A stretch of 64,000 nucleotides of DNA from Bacteroidota bacterium (GTDB lineage Bacteria; Bacteroidota; Bacteroidia; Bacteroidales; UBA10428). The notes beneath the pieces were generated by a model that worked only from the letters and a program-made list of their open reading frames with translations, searched no databases and was not told the origin of the DNA. The position numbers and the translations under genes were made by a program. Below, piece after piece: positions 1 through 11,230 of this stretch; position 1 is the first letter of the stretch; each line of letters starts with the position of its first letter. The stretch spans positions 14,440 through 78,439 of the forward strand of contig QKEH01000114.1 of assembly GCA_003252385.1 (NCBI GenBank), in the 5' to 3' direction.

Positions 1-860
1 TTTTCAACATTGGTGAGTCCGGGGCACTGCATGGTTATTTGTTCAATTATACCTTCCGGGGTTTTAATATCGAAAGTGTACCTGCCGGCCTGGCAGGTGA
101 TATTCAGGGCAAAAAAGTCAGCCTTTTCATCGTCGAGGGCATAGTACAGCAGACTACGGCCGGCAAGATCAAAATCGAGGGCAATGCTTTTTTTCAGAAT
201 TACGGTGCCACCCTGTTTGGTTTGATCCACAAAGCGGGCAAACGTATCCTGCACATCCTTCTCATCGTGGTAAATGTCCAAATGGTCGGCATCCACCCAA
301 GTTACCAGAGCCACTTCGGGATAAAGTTGCAGGAACGACCGGTCGAACTCGTCGGCTTCCGCCACTACCCACGGGCTTTCGGGGTGCAATATCAGGTTGC
401 TGTTCAGGTTTTTCAGAATACCTCCCAAAAAGGCATTGCATCCCACCGGCGAGCGATGCAGAATAAAGGCGGTCATGGACGAAACCGAGGTTTTACCATG
501 AGTTCCGGCTATGGCCAGTCCCCTTTGCTGATTAAACAACCACCCGAGCACTTCGGCCCTTTTCCGTACCTCAAAACCCTGTTCCAGAAAATACACGAGT
601 TCAGTATGATCGGCAGGCACAGCAGGGGTGCGTACCACCAGCGTATGTTCTTTTTGCCTGAAAGCTTCCGGCACCCGCGAAATGGAATCTTCGAAATGAA
701 TGGCGATTCCCAGCGATTCGAGGTCGGCGGTCAGGGACGAAGGAGTGAGATCGTAACCGGCCACCGGAAGTCCCTTGGCGTGGAAGTACCGTGCCAGGGC
801 ACTCATTCCAATACCTCCTATTCCGAGGAAAAAAACACGTTTTACAGTTTCCAGGTTCAT
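1..860 (-). CDS. murC: UDP-N-acetylmuramate--L-alanine ligase (3' part runs off the window)
   Basis: Not in the ORF track. Manual translation from ATG at 860 gives MNLETVKRVFFLGIGGIGMSALAR, the MurC GIGGxGMS motif; it follows murG in dcw order. Confidence 0.95.
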   Translation of the reverse strand, partial: MNLETVKRVFFLGIGGIGMSALARYFHAKGLPVAGYDLTPSSLTADLESLGIAIHFEDSISRVPEAFRQKEHTLVVRTPAVPADHTELVYFLEQGFEVRKRAEVLGWLFNQQRGLAIAGTHGKTSVSSMTAFILHRSPVGCNAFLGGILKNLNSNLILHPESPWVVAEADEFDRSFLQLYPEVALVTWVDADHLDIYHDEKDVQDTFARFVDQTKQGGTVILKKSIALDFDLAGRSLLYYALDDEKADFFALNITCQAGRYTFDIKTPEGIIEQITMQCPGLTNVE

Positions 861-966
861 GTGCTTTGCGGTGCTAAGTTTTTTATGTACTACCAGTGTT
901 TGGCCTTACTCACGTTTTTTCAGGTATAACCCATTCTCGAAACGCTTCCGGATTTCGCTGGTTTCT

Positions 967-2079
967 TTATCGTTTTGAGCTCCTCTCTACTATTTTTTCG
1001 ACTTCATCCACAATTTGTGCAGTGGCATCGGGCTGTGCCAGGCGGAGACTGTTTTTCCGCAAGGAGGCACATCGTTCCTTATCGGCAAGCAACTCCAGTG
1101 CGGCAGTTACCAGCTTCTCCCCGGCTTCCTTATCGCTGATGAGCACCGCTGCATTTTCTTTTACCAATGCCAGGGCATTTTTCGTCTGATGATCTTCCGC
1201 TACATTGGGCGAGGGAACCAGAATACTGGCTGTTCCCGTCAGACAGATTTCGGAAATACTGATGGCTCCGGCCCGGCTAATCATTACATCGGCCACATTG
1301 TATGCCAAATCCATGCGGGCTATAAAGGGAAGAACATGGAGAAGGGGATGCGAGGTATCCACCCGTACCGACATTTCATCGTAATAGTATTTTCCGGTTT
1401 GCCAAACTACCTGAATGCCTGCATCGAGAAGCAGGCTCACATGGGCAGCCATAGCATTGTTAAGAGTTCGGGCTCCCAGGCTGCCCCCCACAATAAGCAC
1501 CACCGGTTTTTCGGACTGTAGGTTGAAATGGGTAAGAGCATCGGCTCGTAACTCTTCCGAAATTTTTATGGGTCGCACCGGATTACCGGTCAGTACCAGT
1601 TTATCTTCCGGAAAGTATTTCTCCATTCCGGAATACGCCACACAGATGACACTTGCCTTGGCCGCTAACAGTTTATTGGTAACCCCGGCATAGCTGTTTT
1701 GCTCCTGCAACAAGGTAGGTATACCTTTTCGGGCTGCACTCCGCAGAACCGGCCCGCTGGCATAACCTCCCACTCCTATGGCCAGCGAAGGTTGAAACTC
1801 CCGCACCAGTTTGCGAGCCATCAACAAACTCCGGATAAGATCTGCAACGACCTTAAAATTTTTAAGTGTAATGCGCCTCTGGATTCCCGATACCGGCAAA
1901 CCCACTATTTTATATCCCGCCGCCGGAACACGTTCCATTTCCATACGGCCCCGTGCACCCACAAAAAGGATTTCGGCTTTCGGATAACGCCGGCGGATTT
2001 CATCGGCAATGGAAAGTGCCGGAAAGATATGCCCTCCGGTTCCTCCTCCGCTAATTAGTATCTTCAGTGGGTTCATCAT
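967..2079 (-). CDS. murG: Undecaprenyldiphospho-muramoylpentapeptide beta-N-acetylglucosaminyltransferase
   Basis: GGGTGGHIFP, GGYAS, GNPVR and GGSLGA motifs; dcw context. Confidence 0.97.
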   Translation of the reverse strand: MMNPLKILISGGGTGGHIFPALSIADEIRRRYPKAEILFVGARGRMEMERVPAAGYKIVGLPVSGIQRRITLKNFKVVADLIRSLLMARKLVREFQPSLAIGVGGYASGPVLRSAARKGIPTLLQEQNSYAGVTNKLLAAKASVICVAYSGMEKYFPEDKLVLTGNPVRPIKISEELRADALTHFNLQSEKPVVLIVGGSLGARTLNNAMAAHVSLLLDAGIQVVWQTGKYYYDEMSVRVDTSHPLLHVLPFIARMDLAYNVADVMISRAGAISISEICLTGTASILVPSPNVAEDHQTKNALALVKENAAVLISDKEAGEKLVTAALELLADKERCASLRKNSLRLAQPDATAQIVDEVEKIVERSSKR

Positions 2080-3226
2080 GATTCGGTGTCTCTTCTTTTT
2101 TTATTTTCTGATCGCTGGCACTTACACTTAGAATTATTCCAAAAGCTGCCGAGGTAAACAGCATCGAGGTACCTCCCATACTGATCATGGGAAGCGGCTG
2201 ACCGGTTACCGGGAAAATACCCACCGCCACCGCCATATTGGCCATGGCCTGCGATACCAGGAGCAAGGCGAGCCCAAAAGCCAGAAAGGCAGCAAAAGTG
2301 CGCGAACACTTCCGAACTATCAACCCGGCGCGGAACAGTAATACCAAATAGAGCAATACCACAAAAACGCCCCCGATAAGTCCGTATTCCTCAACAATGA
2401 TGGAGAAAATAAAGTCGGAATAGGGTTGGGGCAGGAAGTTGCGTTGCATGCTGTTTCCGGGACCCTTACCAAAAAAACCTCCGGTTACAATGGCAATTTT
2501 GGACTGCTCCGACTGGTAGTTTCCATCGCTCTCCTGCTCCATGTGATGCACAATACGGTTCCGCCAGGTACCCCATCGACCTCCCCATTCGGACTTCACC
2601 GCAATGGTAATCAGGATGGCCAGCAAAGCAATCATCAGGATGGCCAAGAGTCCAATGTAGGTAGCCCGCACGCGCCCCACAAACATCAGGGTGAGCGACA
2701 CGGCAAACAGAATAACTGCTGTGGACAGGTTGGCCGGCATAATGAGTGCTGTTATCAGCAACACCGGCCCAATAAGGGGCATAAAACCTTCCCGATACGA
2801 ACGGATTACCTCCTGCTTTAAGGAGAGCAAACGGGCAATGTACATGATCAGCGCAATCTTGGCCAGGTCGGAAGTTTGAAAGGAAATTCCGGTACCGGGC
2901 AGCGTGAGCCAGCGCGAAGCATTGTTAATACTGGTTCCAAAAAAAAGGGTTACTACCAGTAAGGGTATCGACAACAAGAGTAGCAGGTGCGAAACACGGG
3001 AATAATAGGTATAGGGCACCAGATGGGTGAAGTAAGCCACAGCAAAACCGAAGAGTATAAACACGATGTGTTTCACAACATAGTAGCCCACATGCCCCGA
3101 ATGATACTGATACGCCAGGGTGAAGGTAGAACTGTATACCGCCAGCAACGAAAGCAGCGACATAGCAACCAACAAGCCCCAGATGACGACATCGCCTTTA
3201 AAATTCTTCTTCAACAATTCCTGCAT
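2051..3226 (-). CDS. ftsW: SEDS peptidoglycan polymerase FtsW
   Basis: Polytopic membrane protein with SDFIFSIIVEEYG and PVTGQPLPMISMGGTS. Start reassigned to ATG 3226 (MQELLKK) to avoid overlapping murD. Confidence 0.93.
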   Translation of the reverse strand: MQELLKKNFKGDVVIWGLLVAMSLLSLLAVYSSTFTLAYQYHSGHVGYYVVKHIVFILFGFAVAYFTHLVPYTYYSRVSHLLLLLSIPLLVVTLFFGTSINNASRWLTLPGTGISFQTSDLAKIALIMYIARLLSLKQEVIRSYREGFMPLIGPVLLITALIMPANLSTAVILFAVSLTLMFVGRVRATYIGLLAILMIALLAILITIAVKSEWGGRWGTWRNRIVHHMEQESDGNYQSEQSKIAIVTGGFFGKGPGNSMQRNFLPQPYSDFIFSIIVEEYGLIGGVFVVLLYLVLLFRAGLIVRKCSRTFAAFLAFGLALLLVSQAMANMAVAVGIFPVTGQPLPMISMGGTSMLFTSAAFGIILSVSASDQKIKKEETPNHDEPTEDTN

Positions 3227-3242
3227 ACTCTGCTTCTTCGGA

Positions 3243-4580
3243 TTATAATTCGCGCACACACTCTTTAAACTGTGCGCCCCGATCTTCGTAACTTTTAAAC
3301 AGGTCGAAGCTGGCACAGCAAGGCGATAACAGAACGGTGTCGCCTTTTTCGCCCATTTTATAGGCTTTGTTTACCGCTTCCTTCATTGAACCGGCGTCGG
3401 CGATGGTGTCTACAACGGAATCGAAGGCTTGGTGCAATTTGGTATTGTCGGTTCCTAAACATACAATGCCCTTTACTTTCTCCTTCACCAGAGGAATCAG
3501 CGAAGAATAGTCGTTCCCTTTATCCACACCGCCAACAATCCAAACGGTTGGGCCGGTCATACACTCCAGAGCATACCACGACGAATTGACATTGGTAGCT
3601 TTGGAATCGTTAATAAACTCAATGCCATGTACCTTGATAAAGCGTTCCAAACGGTGCTCCACACCGCTGAAATCGCGCAGGCTTTCGCGTATAATTTCCT
3701 TTTTAATATCAAGAATGCGCCCCGCCAGGCTGGCAGCCATGGAGTTATAGGTATTGTGTTTTCCTTTGATGGCAATTTCGTCCAGCGGCACTTTCATCTC
3801 GGTGTTCTTCACTTTAATAACCATTTGTCCTTCATCCACATAAGCACCCTCCTTAACAATTTTGGTTTGGGTAATTTCCAGTTGGCGGGCACGTGTTACA
3901 ATTCGCTCCAGTTCTGCTATGGTAATTTCATCGTCGGAACAGTAAATAAAATAGTCGTCCTCGGAAAGATTCTTTGATATGCTCATTTTGGAATCCACAT
4001 AGTTTTGCATGTTGTAACCGTAACGATCCAGATGGTCGGGGGTGATATTCAGCAACACGGCAATGTCGGGTTTAAATTCGTACATGCCATCCAGCTGAAA
4101 ACTGCTCAATTCAAGAACGTAGTAATCGTACTCCTTGGTGGCCACCTGCATGGCAAAACTTTTCCCTACGTTACCGGCCATACCACAATTGAGTCCGGCC
4201 TTACGAAGCATGTGATGCAAAAGCGACGTAGTGGTGGTTTTTCCGTTACTTCCGGTGATACAGATTTTTTTGGCCTGGGTATAACGCCCGGCAAATTCAA
4301 TCTCCGAAATAATCGGAATATTCTTGCGGAGTACTGCCTGAATAATATCCGATTTATCGGTAATACCTGGGCTCTTAATAATCTCATCGGCGTTCAGGAT
4401 CAACCTCTCGGTGTGCTGTTCCTCCTCCCATTCGATCTCGTAGTTAAATAGGATTTCCTTGTAATGCGGTTTAATTTTTCCGATGTCCGAAACAAAAACA
4501 TCATAGCCTTTTAATTTTGCCAAAACGGCCGATCCGGTTCCGCTTTCGCCTGCGCCAAGTATTACAATTCTTTTCTCCAT
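3243..4580 (-). CDS. murD: UDP-N-acetylmuramoyl-L-alanine--D-glutamate ligase
   Basis: GAGESG, ITGSNGKTTT, ELSSFQL, NDSKATN and LLSPCCASFD motifs. Confidence 0.97.
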   Translation of the reverse strand: MEKRIVILGAGESGTGSAVLAKLKGYDVFVSDIGKIKPHYKEILFNYEIEWEEEQHTERLILNADEIIKSPGITDKSDIIQAVLRKNIPIISEIEFAGRYTQAKKICITGSNGKTTTTSLLHHMLRKAGLNCGMAGNVGKSFAMQVATKEYDYYVLELSSFQLDGMYEFKPDIAVLLNITPDHLDRYGYNMQNYVDSKMSISKNLSEDDYFIYCSDDEITIAELERIVTRARQLEITQTKIVKEGAYVDEGQMVIKVKNTEMKVPLDEIAIKGKHNTYNSMAASLAGRILDIKKEIIRESLRDFSGVEHRLERFIKVHGIEFINDSKATNVNSSWYALECMTGPTVWIVGGVDKGNDYSSLIPLVKEKVKGIVCLGTDNTKLHQAFDSVVDTIADAGSMKEAVNKAYKMGEKGDTVLLSPCCASFDLFKSYEDRGAQFKECVREL

Positions 4581-4584
4581 GGTT

Positions 4585-5835
4585 TTACCTCATTTTAAGG
4601 GTTACGATTGTTATTACAGCTAGTAGTATGCCCACAATCCAGAAGCGGGTCACAATTTTAGGTTCGGGATAACCTTTTTTCTGATAGTGGTGGTGTAAGG
4701 GTGACATAAGAAATATGCGACGCCCATCGCCATATTTCTTTTTGGTGTATTTAAAATAGCTTACCTGCAGCATCACCGATAAATTTTCGACTAAAAAAAT
4801 GCCGCAGAGGATGGGTATTAGAAATTCTTTTCGGATCAATATGGCGAATACCGCAATGATTCCTCCAATGGCCAAACTGCCGGTATCGCCCATAAATACC
4901 TGAGCCGGATAGGAATTGTACCACATAAACCCAACGAGGGCACCAATAAAGGCTCCTATAAATACCACCAGCTCTCCGGTGTAGGGTATGTACATAATAT
5001 TGAGGTAATCGGAAAAAATCAGGTTACCGGATACATAAGCCAGTATCCCGAGTGTGCTGCCTATAATGGCCGAACTTCCCGCCGCCAGGCCATCCAGACC
5101 GTCGGTCAGGTTGGCACCATTGGATACCGCGGTAATAATCAGGATAACCACCAGTACAAAAACCACCCAGGTATATTTTCGAGCCCCTTCACCCAGGTAG
5201 CTGATCAGCATAAAATAATCGAACTCATTGTCCTTGACAAAGGGGATGGTAACCCGGGTCGATTTAATGTCCTGGGTCGGCACTACAACGGACAATGGAA
5301 ACTCATCAGTTTCGGCCACCACTTGTTCCTGCAGCGGCTTTGCTCCTACAGGAATACGTTCGCGAATGACCACATCATCGCTGAAATACATGGTGAATCC
5401 AACCAGTAAGCCCAGGCCCACCTGGCCGGCAATCTTAAATTTACCGCGCAATCCTTCCTTGTTCTTCCGGTACACTTTTATGTAATCGTCGAGAAAACCC
5501 ACAAATCCCATCCAAACCGTAGCTGCCAGCATCAGCAACACGTACACATTTGTAAGGTCGCCCAACAGCAGTATCGGAATCAGAATCGCTGCCAGAATGA
5601 TAATCCCGCCCATGGTTGGAGTACCCTTCTTCTGCATCTGGCCTTCGAGTCCCAGTTCGCGAATGGTTTCCCCAATTTGTTTGCGTTGCAGTAGATAAAT
5701 TATTTTTTTGCCGAAAACCGTAGAAATAAGCAGCGACAAAATGACTGCCATACCCGTTCGGAAGGAAAGGTATTTAAACATTCCGGCACCGGGCACATCC
5801 AGCTTTTCGAGGTATTCAAACAGGTGGTACAGCAT
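4585..5835 (-). CDS. mraY: Phospho-N-acetylmuramoyl-pentapeptide transferase
   Basis: [31 protein letters not shown] and PLHHH motifs. Confidence 0.97.
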   Translation of the reverse strand: MLYHLFEYLEKLDVPGAGMFKYLSFRTGMAVILSLLISTVFGKKIIYLLQRKQIGETIRELGLEGQMQKKGTPTMGGIIILAAILIPILLLGDLTNVYVLLMLAATVWMGFVGFLDDYIKVYRKNKEGLRGKFKIAGQVGLGLLVGFTMYFSDDVVIRERIPVGAKPLQEQVVAETDEFPLSVVVPTQDIKSTRVTIPFVKDNEFDYFMLISYLGEGARKYTWVVFVLVVILIITAVSNGANLTDGLDGLAAGSSAIIGSTLGILAYVSGNLIFSDYLNIMYIPYTGELVVFIGAFIGALVGFMWYNSYPAQVFMGDTGSLAIGGIIAVFAILIRKEFLIPILCGIFLVENLSVMLQVSYFKYTKKKYGDGRRIFLMSPLHHHYQKKGYPEPKIVTRFWIVGILLAVITIVTLKMR

Positions 5836-5843
5836 TTTTCAGG

Positions 5844-7316
5844 CTATTGTAAGTTATTGTTGTTGTCAAAAAAGCGTCGTACTTCTTCCTTGTCATCGAA
5901 ATGACTGCGCACGCCCTTTACTTCCTGGTAGGTTTCGTGCCCTTTACCGGCAATGAGTACCACATCGCCCGGCTGAGCCATCAGACAGGCCGCACGTATG
6001 GCTTCGTGCCGGTCGCAGATCGACAGTACCCGGTTCCGGTCAGCGGGTTCCACCCCAGCCATCATTTCGTCTATAATCGCCTGAGGTTCCTCACTGCGCG
6101 GATTGTCCGAAGTCAGTATCACGTTCTGGCTCATAGTTAAAGATATGGCGGCCATCTTGGGGCGCTTGGTACGGTCGCGGTCACCACCGGCTCCTACCAC
6201 CGTAATCAATCGGGCATTTTCGCCTTTAATCTGATTGATGGTTTCCAGTACATTCTTCAGTGCATCGGGGGTGTGGGCATAATCCACTATGGCGGTAACA
6301 CCATTGTTGGATCGCACATATTCGAAACGGCCGTCTACGGTCTCCAGACAGCTGATAAGGCGTAATACCTCCTGTTTATCGGCTCCAAGTAAGCAGGCAG
6401 CGCCATATACCGCCAGCATATTGGAAGCATTGAATTCGCCAATCAATTTCAGCCACAATTCCATCGAATTAAACTGCACCTGCATACCATCAAAATGGCT
6501 TTCAATAATTTTTCCTTTGAAATCGGCCATGGAACGCACGCCGAAGGTGCTCACCCGGGCAGCCGTATTCTGCACCATTACCCGGCCATTGCGGTCGTCG
6601 ACATTAACCAGGGCAAAGGCCGTACCGGGCAATTCGTCGAACAACCGTTTTTTAGCCTTCAGATAGCTGTCAACGGTTTTATGGTAATCGAGGTGGTCGT
6701 GGGTGAGGTTGGTAAAAATGGCTCCGTCGAAGTCAATTCCTGCAGAGCGGGCCTGATCGAGTGCGTGCGAGCTTACTTCCATAAAAGCATAGGAACAGCC
6801 GGCATCAACCATCATTCGAAATAAACGCTGAATGGTAAGCGGATCGGGGGTGGTATGGGTGGCTGTGATTTCTACATCGTTCACCAGGTAGCGTACCGTG
6901 GAGAGCAAGCCCACCTTATAACCCAGCCGGGTGAAAAGCCGGTAAAGCAAGGTGGCAATGGAAGTTTTACCATTGGTACCGGTAACGCCAACCACTTTCA
7001 TTTCGCGACTGGGGTTACCGTAATAATTGGATGCAGCTACCCCAAGAGCCCAGGCGGCACTACCCACCTGATAAAAGGTAACTCCCGGAGTCAGTTCTTC
7101 GGGCAGACGTTCGCAAAGAATGGCTGCTGCCCCCTGGGCAATGGCTTTGGAAATGAAGTTGTGCCCATCGGCTACCGTTCCGGGAACGGCAACAAACAAG
7201 TCGCCTTGCTGCACCTTGCGCGAATCAAACTCCATTTTCGCAATGCGAATGCGATCGTCTCCTACCCATTTTCCGGGAATACCCTGTAAAATTTGTTTCA
7301 GTTCTATAGTCATCAT
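5844..7316 (-). CDS. murE: UDP-N-acetylmuramoyl-L-alanyl-D-glutamate--2,6-diaminopimelate ligase
   Basis: GVTGTNGKT, MEVSSH, DYAHTPDAL, DNPR (mDAP specificity) and AGKGHE motifs. Confidence 0.97.
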   Translation of the reverse strand: MMTIELKQILQGIPGKWVGDDRIRIAKMEFDSRKVQQGDLFVAVPGTVADGHNFISKAIAQGAAAILCERLPEELTPGVTFYQVGSAAWALGVAASNYYGNPSREMKVVGVTGTNGKTSIATLLYRLFTRLGYKVGLLSTVRYLVNDVEITATHTTPDPLTIQRLFRMMVDAGCSYAFMEVSSHALDQARSAGIDFDGAIFTNLTHDHLDYHKTVDSYLKAKKRLFDELPGTAFALVNVDDRNGRVMVQNTAARVSTFGVRSMADFKGKIIESHFDGMQVQFNSMELWLKLIGEFNASNMLAVYGAACLLGADKQEVLRLISCLETVDGRFEYVRSNNGVTAIVDYAHTPDALKNVLETINQIKGENARLITVVGAGGDRDRTKRPKMAAISLTMSQNVILTSDNPRSEEPQAIIDEMMAGVEPADRNRVLSICDRHEAIRAACLMAQPGDVVLIAGKGHETYQEVKGVRSHFDDKEEVRRFFDNNNNLQ

Positions 7317-9436
7317 CCTTCAGTAAAACTCATTTCCAGTTTAATTACATCGCCCCTTCGCACCCGCGAGCCGGCAGGTATCGATTGTTTGCGAACACTA
7401 CCCCGCCCTTGAACCTGTACATGCAGTCCCAAATTTTCGAGCAGGTATACGGCATCCTTCAACCCCATCGACACCACATTAGGAACCAAATTGGGAATCA
7501 CCCGGCTGGTAACCAGTGCCACGCGGTCTTCTTCCTTTTTGGGAATCACCCATTCGCTGTGCTTATTATCGGAACGCACATCCAGGTTTAACTCATCCAA
7601 CACTTCGGCTATTTCCGGCTGGTAGCCTTTTTTCGAGAACGGAATTTCCAGATGCTCCGGTTTCTGTTCGTTCACAGGGGCTAACATCTTTATATCGGTA
7701 GCATACACTTGTTCGGCAATCTCGGCAAATACGGGAGCCGCCACTTCGGCACCATGATACAACTGATTTTGCGGGTTGTAAACCACCACAATACAGGAAT
7801 ACCGGGGTTTGTCGGCTGGAAAGTAGCCCACAAATGAGGCTTGGTAGGATCGGGTGCTATAGCCGGTTTTTCGATTGTACATCTGGGTGGTTCCCGTTTT
7901 TCCGGCAATGGTAACCGGGCAGGATTTCAGCTCCCGGGCTGTTCCTTCCTGCACCACACCTTCGAGCATACCTCGTACCATGCGCAAGGTGGAACGCGAG
8001 CAAATGGAGTGGTTAATCTCTTCGGTAACAAAGGTGCGTTCCACTTTTCCGTGGTTGCGTACCTCACGCACAAAACGCGGACGCACCATCCGGCCGTCGT
8101 TGGCAACGGCATTGTAGAATGCCAGCAGTTGCAGCGGTGTTATGCGCACCGTGTATCCATACGACATGGACGCCAGGGTAACCCCCGACCAGAGTTTGTC
8201 GCCCGGATACAGGATTTTGGGAATCCCTTCGCCCCGGATCGAAATCCCCAAGGGTTCGTTGAGGTTCATGCTATACAGTCGGTCAATAAAACGATGGGGA
8301 CGTTGCTCATACGCTCCGGTAACAATTTTGGCCATGGCCACATTCGATGATACCTCCAAGGCACGCTGTACGGTAATGGTACCGTTGCCCCCGCGGGTGT
8401 AATTATCGTCGCGTACCACCAGGTCGTAATATTCAAAAACCCCTTTACCGGTAGCAATGGAATCGGTTGCGGTAACATATCCATCTTCCAGTACTGCCAC
8501 CATTACCGGCAGCTTAAAGGTGGAACCGGGTTCGGAGCTGAGCCCCACTGCATAGTTATAGTATTCGCGATATGCCCCAAAGGTGTCTGTCAGGTTCACT
8601 ATGGCTTTCACTTCGCCGGTTTTTACTTCCATGAGCACTGCCGTACCGGCATGTGCCTGGTTTTTAACCAATTGTTTAAGTAGCGCCCGCTCAGCCACGT
8701 CCTGCAAATTCACATCGATAGTAGTTACCACGCTACTTCCGTCGCGGGGTTCAATTTCATCGGCGCCATCCAACGGCATCCAAATATTGCCCGCCAGCTT
8801 CTGCATCTTTTGAATACCCTCCACGCCTCCGAGATATTCGTCGAATGCCCCTTCGATACCCACCACATTTCCCGAAACGCTCTGGGTGGTATATCCGATG
8901 GTTCGCGAAGCCAGATTCTGATGGGGTTTTTTACGAACACTTTCCTGGCTTACAATAAGCCCTCCCTTGTACTGCCCCAACCGGAGCAGGGGGAAGGTCT
9001 TTACTTTCTTAAGCTGCACGTAGTTTACCCGGCGCTGAAGGAGGCAATAACGATTACCCTCGCGGCGTCCCTGGATTAATAATTGCTTGTAGGCTCCCTT
9101 GCTCTTATCGCGAAACAGTTGCGACAGACACATCGCCAACGAATCGACCTTGCTGTTAAACAGGGCATCGGTCAGCGCGGGAGTTTTCAAATCCATGCGT
9201 ATATCGTAATACGGCACCGAGCTGGCCAGCAAACGCATATCGGAAGCATAAATATCGCCCCGTTGTGGCGGTATGCGAATGTTTTTGATGCGCGTTTCAG
9301 CAGCTGCCTGTTTCCAGCGATCGTCGTCGACAAATTGCAGGTAGATGATCTTAAAAACGATCAACAGCGCAAAGAGCAACACCCCCAGATACACCAGGCC
9401 CACTTTCAGTAGTATGTCCTTCTTAGTTGACGCCAT
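7313..9436 (-). CDS. ftsI: Class B penicillin-binding protein (FtsI/PBP3) with C-terminal PASTA domain
   Basis: N-terminal TM; EPGSTFK (SxxK), SSN and KTGT motifs; VPNVVSMGLKDA PASTA-like tail. Confidence 0.93.
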   Translation of the reverse strand: MASTKKDILLKVGLVYLGVLLFALLIVFKIIYLQFVDDDRWKQAAAETRIKNIRIPPQRGDIYASDMRLLASSVPYYDIRMDLKTPALTDALFNSKVDSLAMCLSQLFRDKSKGAYKQLLIQGRREGNRYCLLQRRVNYVQLKKVKTFPLLRLGQYKGGLIVSQESVRKKPHQNLASRTIGYTTQSVSGNVVGIEGAFDEYLGGVEGIQKMQKLAGNIWMPLDGADEIEPRDGSSVVTTIDVNLQDVAERALLKQLVKNQAHAGTAVLMEVKTGEVKAIVNLTDTFGAYREYYNYAVGLSSEPGSTFKLPVMVAVLEDGYVTATDSIATGKGVFEYYDLVVRDDNYTRGGNGTITVQRALEVSSNVAMAKIVTGAYEQRPHRFIDRLYSMNLNEPLGISIRGEGIPKILYPGDKLWSGVTLASMSYGYTVRITPLQLLAFYNAVANDGRMVRPRFVREVRNHGKVERTFVTEEINHSICSRSTLRMVRGMLEGVVQEGTARELKSCPVTIAGKTGTTQMYNRKTGYSTRSYQASFVGYFPADKPRYSCIVVVYNPQNQLYHGAEVAAPVFAEIAEQVYATDIKMLAPVNEQKPEHLEIPFSKKGYQPEIAEVLDELNLDVRSDNKHSEWVIPKKEEDRVALVTSRVIPNLVPNVVSMGLKDAVYLLENLGLHVQVQGRGSVRKQSIPAGSRVRRGDVIKLEMSFTEG

Positions 9437-9447
9437 ACATCGCGCAG

Positions 9448-9825
9448 TTATTGTTCAATTTTATAGGGTGGCTCCTTGGAGAAACCCAATCCCAGATTAT
9501 GTTCACGAACCAAAGCCTCCACTCGCGAAGGACGGTTCAGATTCATCAGTTCCGAAGCCGTGGTGATTTCTTCGGCACGCAAATCCCTTACCTGGCTCTT
9601 AAGCCCTTCAATCTCGCGCACCACTTTTTCGGCATTGTAGCGGTTGGCGATATACACCAGCGCCAACAACACCAGGAACAGAATGAAAGGAATCTGCCGA
9701 ACAAAGGCATGCACCGTGAGCACGCTGCCGTCCAGCACGCTCTTGAGCGAAAAGCCCGTAAGCTCAGCCCGCTCCTGCTTGGCATCTACAAATTCTACAT
9801 TATCCTGCTCTGTCATACTCCCCAT
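9448..9825 (-). CDS. ftsL: FtsL-like cell division protein
   Basis: Single TM followed by a coiled coil, between rsmH and ftsI. Start uncertain (ATG 9825 or 9816). Confidence 0.8.
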   Translation of the reverse strand: MGSMTEQDNVEFVDAKQERAELTGFSLKSVLDGSVLTVHAFVRQIPFILFLVLLALVYIANRYNAEKVVREIEGLKSQVRDLRAEEITTASELMNLNRPSRVEALVREHNLGLGFSKEPPYKIEQ

Positions 9826-10729
9826 GTTCCTGTTTTTCAGCAATCCGTAGCCGGGCACTTCGCGCCCGGTTATTCAATTCAAGTTCTTTCTGATCCGGCA
9901 CTATCACCTTATTGTTCACCGGAGTGAGAGGTCGCAAAATATTTCCGAACAAATCGGTTTCGGTACTTCCCGTATCGAAACTTCCGGTTCGGAAGAAGTT
10001 CTTCACCACACGGTCTTCCAACGAGTGGTAACTAATTATGGATAAGCGTCCACCGGGAGCCAAAATTTCTGTTGCCTGGGTCAACATACTTCTGAGGTAG
10101 TCTATTTCGTGATTCACCTCAATACGCAGCGCCTGAAAAACCTGCGCATAAAACTGATGGTCGCCCCACCGGGGAGTTACTTTTCTGAGAGCCTCCTGCA
10201 AGTCGCCTACGGTCTGCAAGGATGCCTTTGTCCGGTGTTCCACAAGCAGATGAGCCACTTTCGCGGCATTTTTTAATTCGCCATAGACTCTGAAAATCCG
10301 GGTGAGTTCGTCGGCAGTATAACAGTTAACCAAATGAGCCGCCGTAATTTCGGAATGACGGTTCATGCGCATGTCCAACTGGGCATCGAACCGGAAGGAA
10401 AACCCCCGGTGAGGGCTGTCAAAATGATGCGATGACACGCCCAGATCGGCTAACAGACCATCAATTTGTTCAATGCCATGATACTTGAGGAAATTCTTTA
10501 AGAACCTGAAATTGTGCCTAACAAATACAAACCGTTCGTCGTTGGGAACGTTTGCCATAGCCTCCTCATCCTGATCAAATCCCACCAATTTTCCACCTTC
10601 TAATCGTTTTAAAATCTCACGCGAATGTCCACCGCCCCCGAAAGTAACGTCGACATAAATTCCGTTGGGCTTAATGTTGAGCCCGTCAACGCTTTCTTTC
10701 AATAGTACTGGCAGGTGGTATTCCATCAT
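9800..10729 (-). CDS. rsmH: 16S rRNA (cytosine(1402)-N4)-methyltransferase
   Basis: HLPVLL, DVTFGGGGHS, DLGVSS, SYHSLEDR and RARSARLR motifs. Confidence 0.97.
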   Translation of the reverse strand: MMEYHLPVLLKESVDGLNIKPNGIYVDVTFGGGGHSREILKRLEGGKLVGFDQDEEAMANVPNDERFVFVRHNFRFLKNFLKYHGIEQIDGLLADLGVSSHHFDSPHRGFSFRFDAQLDMRMNRHSEITAAHLVNCYTADELTRIFRVYGELKNAAKVAHLLVEHRTKASLQTVGDLQEALRKVTPRWGDHQFYAQVFQALRIEVNHEIDYLRSMLTQATEILAPGGRLSIISYHSLEDRVVKNFFRTGSFDTGSTETDLFGNILRPLTPVNNKVIVPDQKELELNNRARSARLRIAEKQEHGEYDRAG

Positions 10730-11193
10730 TCATCCGTTTCATCAACTAATCCTTCCATAATATTTTCCGCCATTCCGGCAAAATCGTCATCGTCCACTTC
10801 AATTTGTTCGTAGAGCGTTTTCGACCAGATTTCAATTTTGCCGTATTGCCCGGCCAGCACCACATCTTTATCCACCTCCACTTCGTCGAGCAAACGCTTG
10901 GGAATGAGCAGCCGGCTGTTGGTGTCGAGCATGAGCTCGGCCATACCTTTAAAAAACCGGCGCAGAAACACGTTATGTTCCTTCTTATAGGGATTAATTT
11001 TCTTCCGTATAATTTTTACCTGCCGTTCCCACTCTTCATCCGGATACAACACCAGGCACTTCTCGAAAATATCCTTCTTAATGACGAAACGATCCGGATT
11101 ACTCCCCGTCAGCTGCTTCTTGAAAGCCGCCGGCAGTATCAGGCGCCCCTTGGCGTCGAGCTTGCAGGTATGTTCGCCGATGAAGGTGATCAT
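10726..11193 (-). CDS. mraZ: Division/cell wall cluster transcriptional repressor MraZ
   Basis: LDAKGRLILP and LDTNSRLLIP repeated motifs; first gene of the dcw cluster. Confidence 0.95.
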   Translation of the reverse strand: MITFIGEHTCKLDAKGRLILPAAFKKQLTGSNPDRFVIKKDIFEKCLVLYPDEEWERQVKIIRKKINPYKKEHNVFLRRFFKGMAELMLDTNSRLLIPKRLLDEVEVDKDVVLAGQYGKIEIWSKTLYEQIEVDDDDFAGMAENIMEGLVDETDE

Positions 11194-11230
11194 TCGAAAT
11201 GGTATAAATCGGCATAAAAGTAAGGATTTT

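Noticed and set aside
39-929. 296-aa plus-strand ORF
   Set aside because: Antisense shadow of murC, which the track missed because it is truncated by the window edge.
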